This document shows positions 19,674 to 28,583 of a stretch of DNA of 64,000 nt, piece after piece. This DNA comes from an uncultured Actinomycetes bacterium. GTDB taxonomy: Bacteria > Actinomycetota > Acidimicrobiia > IMCC26256 > JACDBD01. The position numbers and the translations under genes were made by a program. The notes beneath the pieces are model-generated. The model had not been told where the DNA came from. It saw nothing but the letters and a program-made list of their open reading frames with translations, and ran no database searches. The stretch covers positions 318,748 to 382,747 of the forward strand of contig CAWAGI010000007.1 of the NCBI GenBank assembly GCA_963781615.1. The letters are read 5' to 3'. Position 1 is the first letter of the stretch, and each line of letters begins with the position of its first letter.

Positions 19674-19997
19674 GTGACCACAGCGCCGCCCAGCCTCCAG
19701 AGCGAGATGCAGCGCAACACCGCCGCCGCCACGCTGCTCGTCGAAGGCGACCTCGAGGAGGTCAGCGCCGTGGAGCTCGCACGGGCGTGCCTGCAGGCGC
19801 ATGACGCCGACCTGGATCTGACCGTCGACCTGCGCGGCGTCGACTTCGCCGACGGGACGGGGACGAAGATGCTGGCGACGATCCACTGCGCGTTCGAGCG
19901 GTCCGGTCGCAGCATGCGGATCGTGAACGTCCCCGCGTGCGTCCGCCGTGAGATCACGGCCCTGCAGCTGGATCGGGAGCTCGATCTCGCGAGCTAG
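19674..19997 (+). CDS. STAS-domain protein (anti-sigma-factor antagonist-like)
   Basis: LLVEGDLEEVSAVELARACL...DLTVDLRGVDFADGTGTKMLATIH...MRIVNVPACVRREITALQLD (SpoIIAA/RsbV-like layout). GTG at 19674 is preceded by GGAAAGG. Confidence 0.8.
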   Translation: MTTAPPSLQSEMQRNTAAATLLVEGDLEEVSAVELARACLQAHDADLDLTVDLRGVDFADGTGTKMLATIHCAFERSGRSMRIVNVPACVRREITALQLDRELDLAS

Positions 19998-20023
19998 GGC
20001 GGCGGCTGCCAGAATCGGCCGCG

Positions 20024-20810
20024 GTGCCCACCGAGCACGACCGCGCCGTCCGGACCGAGTTCCGCCGCCAATCACCCACCTTCGAGGGTGAGGACTCGTT
20101 CTTCGCCGACCCCCGCCTCGCCGGTTGGGTCGTGCGGCACCTGGAACCGCTCGAGCCGTCCACGCTCGCGCTCGAGGTCGCCTGCGGCGCTGCCCACCAG
20201 GGTGAGGCCATCGCCCCGCGCGTCGGCCGTGTCGTCGGCGCCGACTTCACCCCCGAGATGCTCGACGTGGCCCGGCGGCGACTCCGTGACCACGCAGTCG
20301 GCCGGGTGGCCTTGGCACGCGCCGACGCGGCCCGGTTGCCCTTCCCGGACGCGTCCTTCGACCTGACCTTCTGCCGATTCGCCGTGCACCACTTCGCCGA
20401 ACCAGGCCGGCAGCTCGACGAGATGGTCCGGGTGTCGCGCCCCGGTGGCCGGATCGCCGTGGTGGACCTGATCTCCGCCGAGCCGCAGCTCGCCGACGCC
20501 TACAACGAGGTCGAGCGACGCCGCGATCCCTCACACACCCGCGCCCTCACCGCCGACGAGCTCGAGGGCGCCGTCGAGCGCTCCGGGCGCCCGACTCGTG
20601 CACACGACACGGGTCGACGTGCGCGCACCCGTCGAGCGGTGGCTCGCTCAGGCGTCGACGCCGCCCGACGTCGCCGGCGCGATCCGTGCCGAGCTGCAGG
20701 CCGAGTTGGCGGGCGCACGGCCGACGGGCATGCGGCCCGTCGACGACGACGGCCTCCACTACACCCAGACGTGGGAGATCGCCGTGGGCCGGGTCGGCGT
20801 GAGCGGCTAA
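20024..20810 (+). CDS. Class I SAM-dependent methyltransferase (one apparent frameshift near 20583)
   Basis: Motif I ALEVACGAAHQG, RLPFPDASFDLTFCRFAVHHF, RVSRPGGRIAVVD. The C-terminus (LVHTTRVDVRAPVERWLAQAS...) continues in the frame of ORF 20598..20810. Confidence 0.8.
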
Positions 20811-21343
20811 CAGCCGGCGTTGCGCAGCGTCGGGTACGGGTCCGTCCGCTCGCCGTTCACGCCGCCGAGCCGGATCTCGAAGTGCAGGTGCGGACCGGTT
20901 GCGTTGCCGGTCTGGCCGACGCGGCCGATCGGCTCGCCTTGCCCGATTCCGCGGTCGCTGCCGCCGATCGTGTCCGACATGTGCGCGTAGTAGTAGACGT
21001 TCCCGTCGACGGCCGAGAGATACACGACGAGCCCGCCCGCGCTCTCCAGGGCGTAGTGCAGGCTGCCGGATTTCACCGCCCAGATGGGCGTTCCCGTCGG
21101 CGCGGACATGTCGATGCCGTAGTGGAAGTCGCTGCCGCGCGGTCCGAAGCTGTCGGTGTAGCTCGACCCGTCTACGGGGCACCGGAAGTTCGAGATGATG
21201 GTGCCGCCATTGGGCGAGCACGTCGCGGCGATCAACGCAAGTGCTGCTACCGGAAGCAGCAGCCATCGCCACGCGCGAAAGGAAAAGGTTTGTCGGGGGA
21301 TGCAGGAAGCGTAGGCGCGTACCATGCGCGAAATGCGGACCAT
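20807..21343 (-). CDS. M23 family metallopeptidase (LytM-like), probable lipoprotein/secreted
   Basis: HYGIDMSAPTGTPIWAVKSG, YYYAHMS, GQTGNATGPHLHFEIR. Hydrophobic leader WRWLLLPVAALALIAATCS. Confidence 0.85.
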   Translation of the reverse strand: MVRISRMVRAYASCIPRQTFSFRAWRWLLLPVAALALIAATCSPNGGTIISNFRCPVDGSSYTDSFGPRGSDFHYGIDMSAPTGTPIWAVKSGSLHYALESAGGLVVYLSAVDGNVYYYAHMSDTIGGSDRGIGQGEPIGRVGQTGNATGPHLHFEIRLGGVNGERTDPYPTLRNAGC

Positions 21344-22043
21344 CGCGTTGGTCGATCACACCAAGCGGCACCGCCCGCCCGCCGGTGTGTTGGATGCGAT
21401 CGCAGAGGCGTTGACGATTCAGGTGCAACGTGACTTCGCACCGGCGTGGGGTGTCGAGGCGGCGCAGTTCACGGTGGGCGGGCGCGGCGACAAGATCCAC
21501 TTCTTCGACAGCGCGCGCGAGGCCGAGGAGTTCGGATGGCACGTCGTGGACGACCGCGGCCTCCCGTACGCGCACGTGTTCGCGGCCGCGTCGATCACCC
21601 ACGGCAACGGCTGGACCAACGGTGCCGAGGCGGTGTCGGTGACGGCATCGCACGAAGCTCTCGAGATGCTTGCCGACCCTCGTGCCAATGAGTTCTGCTT
21701 CGACGGGAACCGGCGGCTGTGGGCACGGGAGGTGTGCGACCCCGTCCAGAGCGGGGCGTACAAGATCCGCACCGACGACAAGCTGGTACCGGTGAGCAAC
21801 TTCGTGCTCCCTGCGTACTTCAACCCGTGGGCCGCCGCTCCCTACGACCATCTCCGGGTGCTCGACGAGCCCTTCTCGATCGACACCGGCGGGTACGCGG
21901 TGTACCAGCGCACCTCTGCCGAGCACGAGCAGCTCGCGCGCGGCTTCGGCGTGACGTTCGACGACGCGATGCCCGAGTGGCAACGGGCGCTGAAGTTGCG
22001 GGGCTGGGGCCGCACCTACTGGCGGCTCGCCCTCAACCGGTGA
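21324..22043 (+). CDS. Hypothetical protein (239 aa), intact, no recognisable family
   Basis: Uninterrupted ORF with GC3-rich codons. Divergent from the M23 gene, and the annotated starts overlap it. I recognise no motif. Confidence 0.6.
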   Translation: MREMRTIALVDHTKRHRPPAGVLDAIAEALTIQVQRDFAPAWGVEAAQFTVGGRGDKIHFFDSAREAEEFGWHVVDDRGLPYAHVFAAASITHGNGWTNGAEAVSVTASHEALEMLADPRANEFCFDGNRRLWAREVCDPVQSGAYKIRTDDKLVPVSNFVLPAYFNPWAAAPYDHLRVLDEPFSIDTGGYAVYQRTSAEHEQLARGFGVTFDDAMPEWQRALKLRGWGRTYWRLALNR

Positions 22044-22387
22044 GCGCGGCGGGAACCGGCAGCTCCGCCTCGATGCGCAGGACGCGGTCGAGGCCGAGCC
22101 GGTCGATCTCGCCCTGCACGCGGCGCGGCACGTGCACGATCGTGAGCCGGTGACCCGACCGTTCGAACGCGCGGTGAAGGGTCTCGATCATCTTGATGCC
22201 GGTCCCGTCGGCGAACGACACACCGCCGAGGTCCAGGCCCACGTCGCCGGCCGCATCACGGGCGTGGAGACAAGCGGCGGCGAGCTGCACCGCGCTCGAT
22301 CTCCTCGAGCTCGCCTTCGACGATCACCGACGCGACACCGTCGTCGCGTCGCAGCTCGCATCGAAAGCTCGGGGCGGGAATGGTCAT
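22033..22387 (-). CDS. STAS-domain protein, paralog of 19674..19997 (one apparent frameshift near 22297)
   Basis: MTIPAPSFRCELRRDDGVASVIVEGELEEI, then SAVQLAAACLHARDAAGDVGLDLGGVSFADGTGIKMIETLH...LTIVHVPRRVQGEIDRLGLD in the next frame. It aligns residue by residue with the other STAS protein. GGGAGG precedes the ATG at 22387. Confidence 0.75.
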
Positions 22388-22449
22388 GTCGAACGCCTCC
22401 CGGTGACCTGCTCCTGACAGTAGAACGACGGGTTGCGTCGCGGTGAGCA

Positions 22450-22471
22450 ACGGAGTGAACGAGAGGTGAAC
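22450..22471 (-). promoter_or_regulatory. Two perfect-core 11-nt direct repeat units GTTCACCTCTC GTTCACTCCGT (PHO-box-like), in the STAS / GT4 divergent intergenic region
   Basis: On the minus strand the GTTCAC cores are 11 nt apart, and the downstream repeat core (22460-22455) ends 68 nt upstream of the STAS ATG (22387). A further single GTTCACC lies on the plus strand at 22500-22506, facing the GT4 gene. Confidence 0.45.
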
Positions 22472-22571
22472 GTTTCCCCGCGCGCGGATGGCGCGCCTCG
22501 TTCACCGATGCGCCACGAGACCTTGGCGTCGAGTTCGTCGCCCGGCAAAGAGGTTTACGACTCGATTCGTC

Positions 22572-23703
22572 ATGCTTCGCGTCGTGAAGATCGGAATCGT
22601 CACCGAAAGCTTCCTGCCGTCGATCAACGGCGTGACGAACTCGGTGCTTCGCATCCTGGAGCACTTCCGGGATCGCGGTCACGACGCCGTGGTCGTCGCG
22701 CCGGGCGACGGGCCTTCCGAGTACGCGGGCGCCCCGGTGGTGCGAGTCCCCGCCGTTCCGCTGCCCGTGTACCGGTCGTTCCCGATCGCGCTGCCCACCC
22801 GCCAGGTCGAGAACGCGTTGCGCGACTTCGCCCCCGACGTCGTGCACCTCGCGTCGCCGACGGTGCTCGGCGGCATGGGCGCCGTCGCCGCCCGCCGTCT
22901 CGACGTCCCGGCCGTCGCGGTCTTCCAGAGCGACCTGCCCGCCTTCGTCCGCCGCTACCGCCTCGGTGTCACGGCGCCCGCCGCGTGGAGCTGGCTGCGT
23001 TGGATCCACCGACACGCCGCGCTGACCCTGGCCCCTTCGTCGGTCGTGGCCTGGGAGCTCGAGCAGCGCGGATTCACACCCGTGGCGCGCTGGGCGCGCG
23101 GCGTCGATCTGGAGCGGTTCGACCCGCGGCACCGCAGCGAGCTGATGCGGCGCCACATCGCGCCGCGCGGCGAGGTCGTCGTGGGCTTCGTCGGCCGCCT
23201 CGCCGCCGAGAAGCAGGTCGACCGGCTGACGCGCCTCGCCGACCTGCCCGGCACGCGGCTCGTGGTCGTGGGCGACGGGCCGCTGCGCTCCCGGCTCGAG
23301 CGGCGGTTGACGCGTGCGCGCTTCCTCGGGTTCCGGACCGGCGGCGACCTCTCGGCGACCGTCGCGTCGCTCGACGTCTTCGTGCACCCGGGCGAGGCGG
23401 AGACGTTCTGTCAGGCGGTGCAGGAGGCGCTCGCGTCGGGCGTGCCCGTCGTCGCGCCCGCCGCCGGCGGGCCGCATCGACCTGGTCCGCCACGGTGTGA
23501 ACGGCTGGCTGTTCCCCTCCGGGCGGCCCGACCTGCTGCGCGGCGCGGTGGCCGAGTTGACCGCCGACGCCGCCACGCGGGCGGTCATGGGTCGCGCCGC
23601 CCGGGCAAGCGTCGAAGGGCGCACATGGCCCCAGCTGGGTGACGAGCTGCTCGGGCACTACGAGCGTCTGCTCGGCATCGAGACCCGCCGGGTGCCGCGC
23701 CGC
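22572..23703 (+). CDS. GT4 (GT-B fold, family 1/4) glycosyltransferase (one apparent frameshift near 23472; no in-frame stop before the next gene)
   Basis: KIGIVTESFLPSINGVTNSVLR (PimB/MgtA-like N-terminus), GFVGRLAAEKQV, VFVHPGEAETFCQAVQEALASGVPVVAPAAGGP. It then continues as DLVRHGVNGWLF...LLGHYERLL in the frame of ORF 23314. Confidence 0.8.
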
Positions 23704-24460
23704 ATGAGGCCGTCGCTGGTCGTCTCGATCCACGACATCGCCCCGTCGACCGCGTGCGCGGCACGCGCTGTGGATCGACGAGCTCGAACGCCGCCATGTC
23801 CCGGCCACGCTGCTCGTGGTCCCCGGACCGTGGGAAGGCCCGCCGCTGCGCCTGGACCGGGATCTCGTCGCCTGGTTGCACGAACGCCGCGAGCGCGGCG
23901 ACGAGATCGCGCAGCACGGGTGGACCCACCGCGGCGTGGCCGGGGCGCCGACCTGGCGGCGTGCCGTCGCGTCCGTCGCCGCCCGGGGATGCGCCGAGTT
24001 CTGGTCGCTCGACACCCGCGAGGCGAAGCGGCGGATCGAGCTCGGTCGGGACGTGCTGCGCCGCGCCGGCTTCGCCCCGGTCGGCTTCACTCCGCCGGGC
24101 TGGCTCGCGTCGGCGCCCACGCTCGAGGTCCTCGCCGACTTCGGCTACCGCTACACGACCACCCGCACCGCCGTCCTCGACCTCCACACCGGCGACGCCC
24201 ATCGGATCCCCGCCCTGTCCCAGCGTCCCGGCGGCGCCGGCGAGGCGCTCGGGCGCAGCGTCGTCGACGGATGGGCGCGCCGCCTCGCCCGCCGGGGCGC
24301 GTCGGCTCGCCTGGCGTTGCACCCGATGGACCTCGACAACCCGGCGCTCGTCGAGTCGAACCTCGCCGCCGTCGACCAGCTCCTCGAGTCGGGCGCCAAG
24401 GCGCGCACGTACCGGGACTTCGTCACCGCCCACCGACCCGCCGCCGGCCGGGCGGCGTAA
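23704..24460 (+). CDS. DUF2334 / polysaccharide-deacetylase-like protein (one apparent frameshift near 23755)
   Basis: MRPSLVVSIHDIAPST, then (next frame) LWIDELERRHVPATLLVVPGPWEG...DEIAQHGWTH...GFTPPGW...LALHPMD. This is the typical DUF2334 pattern as I remember it. Confidence 0.7.
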
Positions 24461-24464
24461 GGCC

Positions 24465-25592
24465 GTGGGGACCCGCATCCTGCAGGTCGCCAACTTCTAC
24501 TCCCGCCACTCCGGCGGGCTCCGGGCCACCGTCGACGCGCTCGGGCACGCGTACGGCGACGCCGGCTTCGAGCGCGTGCTCGTGGTGCCCGGCCCCGCCG
24601 ACGCCGACGAGGACACGCCGGCCGGGCGCCGCATCACGCTGCGCGGCCCGCAGGTCCCCGGCAGCGGCGGCTATCGCGCGCTCGCCGGGACCGGTGGCGT
24701 TCGTGCCGTGCTCGCCGAGCTTCCGCCCGACCATCTCGAGGTGTCCGACAAGTTCACGCTCGTCGGCCTCGGGTCGTGGGCCGCCCGCAACGGCGTGCGC
24801 GCCGTGCTCGTGTCGCACGAGAGGCTCGACGCGATCCTCGCTCCACGCGTCCCGCCCGGCTTCCCGCTGGCCGCGTGCGCCGGGTGGTGGAACCGCCGCG
24901 TCGCGCGCAGCTTCGACGCCGTCGTGACGCCGTCGGCGTTCGCGGCGGCCGAGTTCACCCGCATCGGCGCGACCAACGTCTCGATCGTCCCCCTCGGCGT
25001 CGACCTCGACGTCTTCCACCCCCGCGCTCGCGAGCGTCCGGCCGACGTGAACGGCGACGACAACGAGGTCTCGCTCGTGTACGTCGGCCGGCTCTCGCGG
25101 GAGAAGCGACCCGAGGTCGCGATCGAGGCGCTCCGGGCCGTCCGGGCCCGGGGCGTCGCGGCCCGGCTGCGGATGGTGGGCGACGGGCCGCGCCGGCCCG
25201 CCCTCGAAGCGCAGGCACGCGACCTGCCCGTCGTGTTCACCGGGCACCTCCACGACCGCGGCGAGCTCGCCCGCTACCTCGCCCGCGCCGACGTCGCACT
25301 CGCGCCGTGTCCGTACGAGACGTTCGGGCTCGCTGCGCTGGAGGCGCTCGCGTGCGGCACTCCCGTCGTGACGGCGGATCGCGGCGCCGTCCCCGAGCTC
25401 GTGCAGGCGGGACAGGGCGCGGCCACCGGGGCAGTGGCCGCGCCCGACCCCGTTTCGATCGCCGCCGCCGTCATCGACGTGGTGCGCTATCCGCGCGAAG
25501 AGACGCGCCGCGCGGCCCGCGATCGCGCCGAGCAGTATCCCTGGGCACGCACCGTGCGCGAGATGCTGCGCGTGCATCGTGGCGCCGCATGA
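24465..25592 (+). CDS. GT4 glycosyltransferase (second copy, intact)
   Basis: RILQVANFYSRHSGGL, VYVGRLSREKRP, CPYETFGLAALEALACGTPVV (E-x7-E-type region). GTG at 24465, 4 nt after the preceding stop. Confidence 0.85.
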   Translation: MGTRILQVANFYSRHSGGLRATVDALGHAYGDAGFERVLVVPGPADADEDTPAGRRITLRGPQVPGSGGYRALAGTGGVRAVLAELPPDHLEVSDKFTLVGLGSWAARNGVRAVLVSHERLDAILAPRVPPGFPLAACAGWWNRRVARSFDAVVTPSAFAAAEFTRIGATNVSIVPLGVDLDVFHPRARERPADVNGDDNEVSLVYVGRLSREKRPEVAIEALRAVRARGVAARLRMVGDGPRRPALEAQARDLPVVFTGHLHDRGELARYLARADVALAPCPYETFGLAALEALACGTPVVTADRGAVPELVQAGQGAATGAVAAPDPVSIAAAVIDVVRYPREETRRAARDRAEQYPWARTVREMLRVHRGAA

Positions 25593-26260
25593 ACCTGCAC
25601 ATCACTTCGCTGCGCGCGGCGGACGAGCCCGACCTCCGGCGCGTCTTCCGGTCCACCATCGCGCTCGGGCATCCACTGTCGCCCGACGCCGACCTCGACA
25701 CCGCGCTGCGGCCCTACGAGCGCCTCTGCCTCGAGTGGTACCTGCGCGCCGGCCGCGACCACGCCTATGCGCTGCGCGACGACCACCGCATCGTCGGGTA
25801 CGCGCTCGTGTGCGTCGAGCCCGAGGCGTTCGCCCGCTGGCAGCAACGCGCCGGCGCCCGGTTCACGGCCCACGTCGTGCCCCGGCTGCTGCTGCGCCGC
25901 TACCCGGCGCCGATCCGGCGCTTCTACCGCCTGCGGCTGCGCGACGGATGGGACCTGTGGCGCCACTCCGAGGACCGCACCGCCGGGCTCCCGCACGCCC
26001 ACTTCAACGCCACCGCGCCCGGTGGCCTCCCCGGTCGGCTGCTCGCCGACCACGTCGACGCCGTCGTGGCGGCGGCCGGCTTCGACTCCTGGTACGGGGA
26101 GATGAACGCCCGCGCCGGACGGCGCGTCGCCGCCCTCAGCCGGTGGGGCGCCGAGATCCTCTCCCGGCAACCCAACGGCACGCTCAGCTGGCTGACGGGC
26201 ACGCCCGTGGACCGGCTCACGGTGCTGCGCCACGTCTCGGACCGTCGCGTCGCCGCCTGA
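25589..26260 (+). CDS. Hypothetical protein, possibly GNAT-like acyltransferase
   Basis: The ATG overlaps the GT4 stop (ATGA at 25589-25592). Segments such as DHRIVGYALVCVE and AGRRVAALSRWGAEIL resemble a GNAT core, but I cannot see a clean acetyl-CoA P-loop. Confidence 0.5.
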   Translation: MNLHITSLRAADEPDLRRVFRSTIALGHPLSPDADLDTALRPYERLCLEWYLRAGRDHAYALRDDHRIVGYALVCVEPEAFARWQQRAGARFTAHVVPRLLLRRYPAPIRRFYRLRLRDGWDLWRHSEDRTAGLPHAHFNATAPGGLPGRLLADHVDAVVAAAGFDSWYGEMNARAGRRVAALSRWGAEILSRQPNGTLSWLTGTPVDRLTVLRHVSDRRVAA

Positions 26261-26291
26261 CCCGGTTCCTCACACCCGGCGCGCGCGGTTA

Positions 26292-26309
26292 TCCACAGGG
26301 GGCTGTGGA
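26292..26309. terminator. Perfect 7-bp hairpin TCCACAG-GGGG-CTGTGGA between convergent genes
   Basis: Seen directly in the sequence. It lies in the 121-nt gap between the GNAT-like stop (26260) and the hydrolase stop (26382). No clear U-tract. Confidence 0.35.
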
Positions 26310-26381
26310 ATGGGAGGACGGCGCCCTTTCGGCTCGATGACCGCCCCGGGGGCGCCCGGTCCGCGCCACCGGTCCGCGTTT

Positions 26382-27801
26382 TCAGCCCCCGACTGCGGTG
26401 CGCCTCGCCTCCGCCTTGGCCTCCTTGGCGTCCGCGGGGAGCAGGAACCCCTCGCGCTGCAGCGCGTCCGACGCCTTCGAGAACTTGCTCACGTAGTCCC
26501 GCTGCGACGGGTACAGCGAGGACAGCCGGGCGGCGTCGAAGGCGACCGTGCTCCCGAACAACGAGCAGAACCCCGGCCCACCGGCCGAAGCGCCCGAGAG
26601 CGTGGCGACGGGGGCCTCGAGCTGGGGGAGTCGGATGCCGCCGCGGGCGTTGCCGAGCTCGTCCCGCTCGATGGTCGGCTCCGGTCCGTCGGCGATCGCG
26701 ACGAGCGGCGCCTTCGGCGGGGCAGGTCCGCCGGCCGCCCAGCGGGCGAGATCGTGCATGGCGGTGTCGACGATGTAGCGCTGCGGCGCCGAGTTGATCC
26801 GCTGCGCGCAGCTCAGCGGCGGCGTGACCGCCATCTCCTCCTTCGGGATGCCGGTGAGCGCGTGCAGCCCGTCCTCGTCGAAGTGCGCAGTGCCGGCGAC
26901 CTCCCACAGCCGGTAGTGCGCGCTGTCGGGCTGGCGCGCGGGGAGATGGCGGGGGACGTCCGTCTCCGACTCGAGGACGAGCACCGGCTCCTTCATGTCG
27001 GTGCGGATCGAGTGTCGGGTTCGGGATCGCGCCGCCTCCGCCGTCGGAGATCGGCGCCCCGGTCGCGAACCGGCTGTGCACGAAGAAGCCGTCGAACATC
27101 TGGGTCTGCGGCTGGATGGCGTTGACGTACGTGACCATGCGGAACGCGGACTGCGACTCGCCGTCACCGATCATGGTCTTCACCTTGAAGCGACGGTTGC
27201 CCAGCAGGTTGGTGCCGGTCGGGCGGCGCAGTGCCTCACCGACCTGGGAGTAGATGTCGTACGAGTAGGCGTCGCCGGGATGGTCGAGCGACGCGTACCG
27301 AGAGCCGTTCTTCAGGTTGTTCAGCCCGACCGCCTGGGCCGACACGCCGACCCACGCGGAGCCACTTCGAAGGAGCTCGGCGTTCCCGAGGCCCCAGTCG
27401 GGCGCGGAGTCCAGGCCGGCGCTGACGTTGAGCCACTCGACCTCGACGACGCCGTTGAACTTCGCCGGGTCCTTCGGCCGTCGCACGAGCACGCGGGTGC
27501 GGTACGGCGCAGTGGTAGTGGTCTGCACCGTCCAGCGCCCGTCCTCGGTGAGCTGTCCGACGGGCTCGTAGGCGCGCGCCGTGCCCTCGACGAAGAACTC
27601 CTGCTCGACGTAGCCGCGCGGCCCGAGATCGACCGCCGAGAGCGACGTCGGCTGCCCGGCGATCGGACCCGTCACCGTCGGGGCAGGGACGGGCTGCTTC
27701 CCGGCGCCGGCCGCCGCGCTGCTCGCCGCGTTGCCCCCGACGACGCCGGCAGCACAGATCGAGGCGACGACGACAACACCGACGATGGAACGCGGATGCA
27801 T
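26382..27801 (-). CDS. Secreted hydrolase-like protein (alpha/beta-hydrolase-domain family; one apparent frameshift near 27015)
   Basis: The signal peptide MHPRSIVGVVVVASICAAGVVGG and the large N-terminal part (VEVEWLNVSAGLDSAPDW...GESQSAFRMVTYVN) are in the frame of ORF 25924..28473. The C-terminal part (IRTDMKEPVLVLESETDV...WEVAGTAHFD) is in ORF 26382..27167. Confidence 0.65.
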
Positions 27802-27855
27802 GCGCCAATGCTTATCCCATCCGTCGACGCCACCCCCGCCGCCTACCCTGAGCGC

Positions 27856-28578
27856 ATGTTGCTCGCCCGGCGCCGGCGCGCCGGGGTCACCGTCGTCCTC
27901 GCGCTCGCCACGTTCCTCGTGCTCGGCGCCTGCGGTGACGGATCCGAGAACACCGAGAGCAAGCGGAACGCCGGGTCCTCGCCGTACTCGTTCGTGAACC
28001 GCGACCGGGTCGAGGTCTCGGCCCGTGACGGCGACTTGTCGCTCACGCTCACCGCTCCGGCTCTCTGGTTCAACGACTCGACGGGCGTTCTCGCGTTCAA
28101 GCCGGTGACCGGTGACTTCACGGTGACGGCCACGGTTCGCACCCAGAAGGCCTCCAATCCCGCCGAGCCCCCGGCGCCGGCGATCCGGCTCGGCGGGCTG
28201 ATGGCCCGAGACCCGGCGAGCGACGCCAGCCAGATGCAGAACTACGTCCACATCGTGGCCGGCAACGGCCCGTCGGGCGTGCTCGCGATCGAGAACAAGA
28301 CCACGGTGAACAGCAACTCGGTGTACGAGGCGCCGGAGTGGCCGTCGCCCGACGCGGAGTTGCGCATGTGCCGCGTCGGGTCGACCTTCAACCTGTACAA
28401 GCGCCCGGTGGGCTCGGACACGTGGCAGCTCGCGGCGTCGTACGACCGGCCCGACCTGCCCGACCGGCTCCAAGTCGGAGCCGACATCTACTCACCCAAC
28501 CCCCCGCCCGACCTGCGCGTGCGCTGGGAGGATCTGACGTACGCATCCGGTGCCGGAGCGTGCGAGTCGGCGCGCTGA
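27856..28578 (+). CDS. Lipoprotein, beta-sandwich (LamG/DUF1349-like) hypothetical
   Basis: Lipobox LVLGAC after the hydrophobic leader MLLARRRRAGVTVVLALATF. The rest is beta-rich. Intact ORF. Confidence 0.6.
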   Translation: MLLARRRRAGVTVVLALATFLVLGACGDGSENTESKRNAGSSPYSFVNRDRVEVSARDGDLSLTLTAPALWFNDSTGVLAFKPVTGDFTVTATVRTQKASNPAEPPAPAIRLGGLMARDPASDASQMQNYVHIVAGNGPSGVLAIENKTTVNSNSVYEAPEWPSPDAELRMCRVGSTFNLYKRPVGSDTWQLAASYDRPDLPDRLQVGADIYSPNPPPDLRVRWEDLTYASGAGACESAR

Positions 28579-28583
28579 CGAAC

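Noticed and set aside
21324-22043. SHEALEM in the unknown 239-aa protein, considered as a possible zincin HExxH motif.
   Set aside because: The sequence is H-E-x-x-E, not H-E-x-x-H, and no third ligand or Met-turn is evident. This is insufficient to call a metalloprotease.
22188-25577. Minus-strand ORFs 22188..23624, 23074..24120, 23585..24493 and 24423..25577, opposite the glycan operon.
   Set aside because: R/A/P/G-rich shadows. All glycosyltransferase and DUF2334 motifs are on the plus strand.
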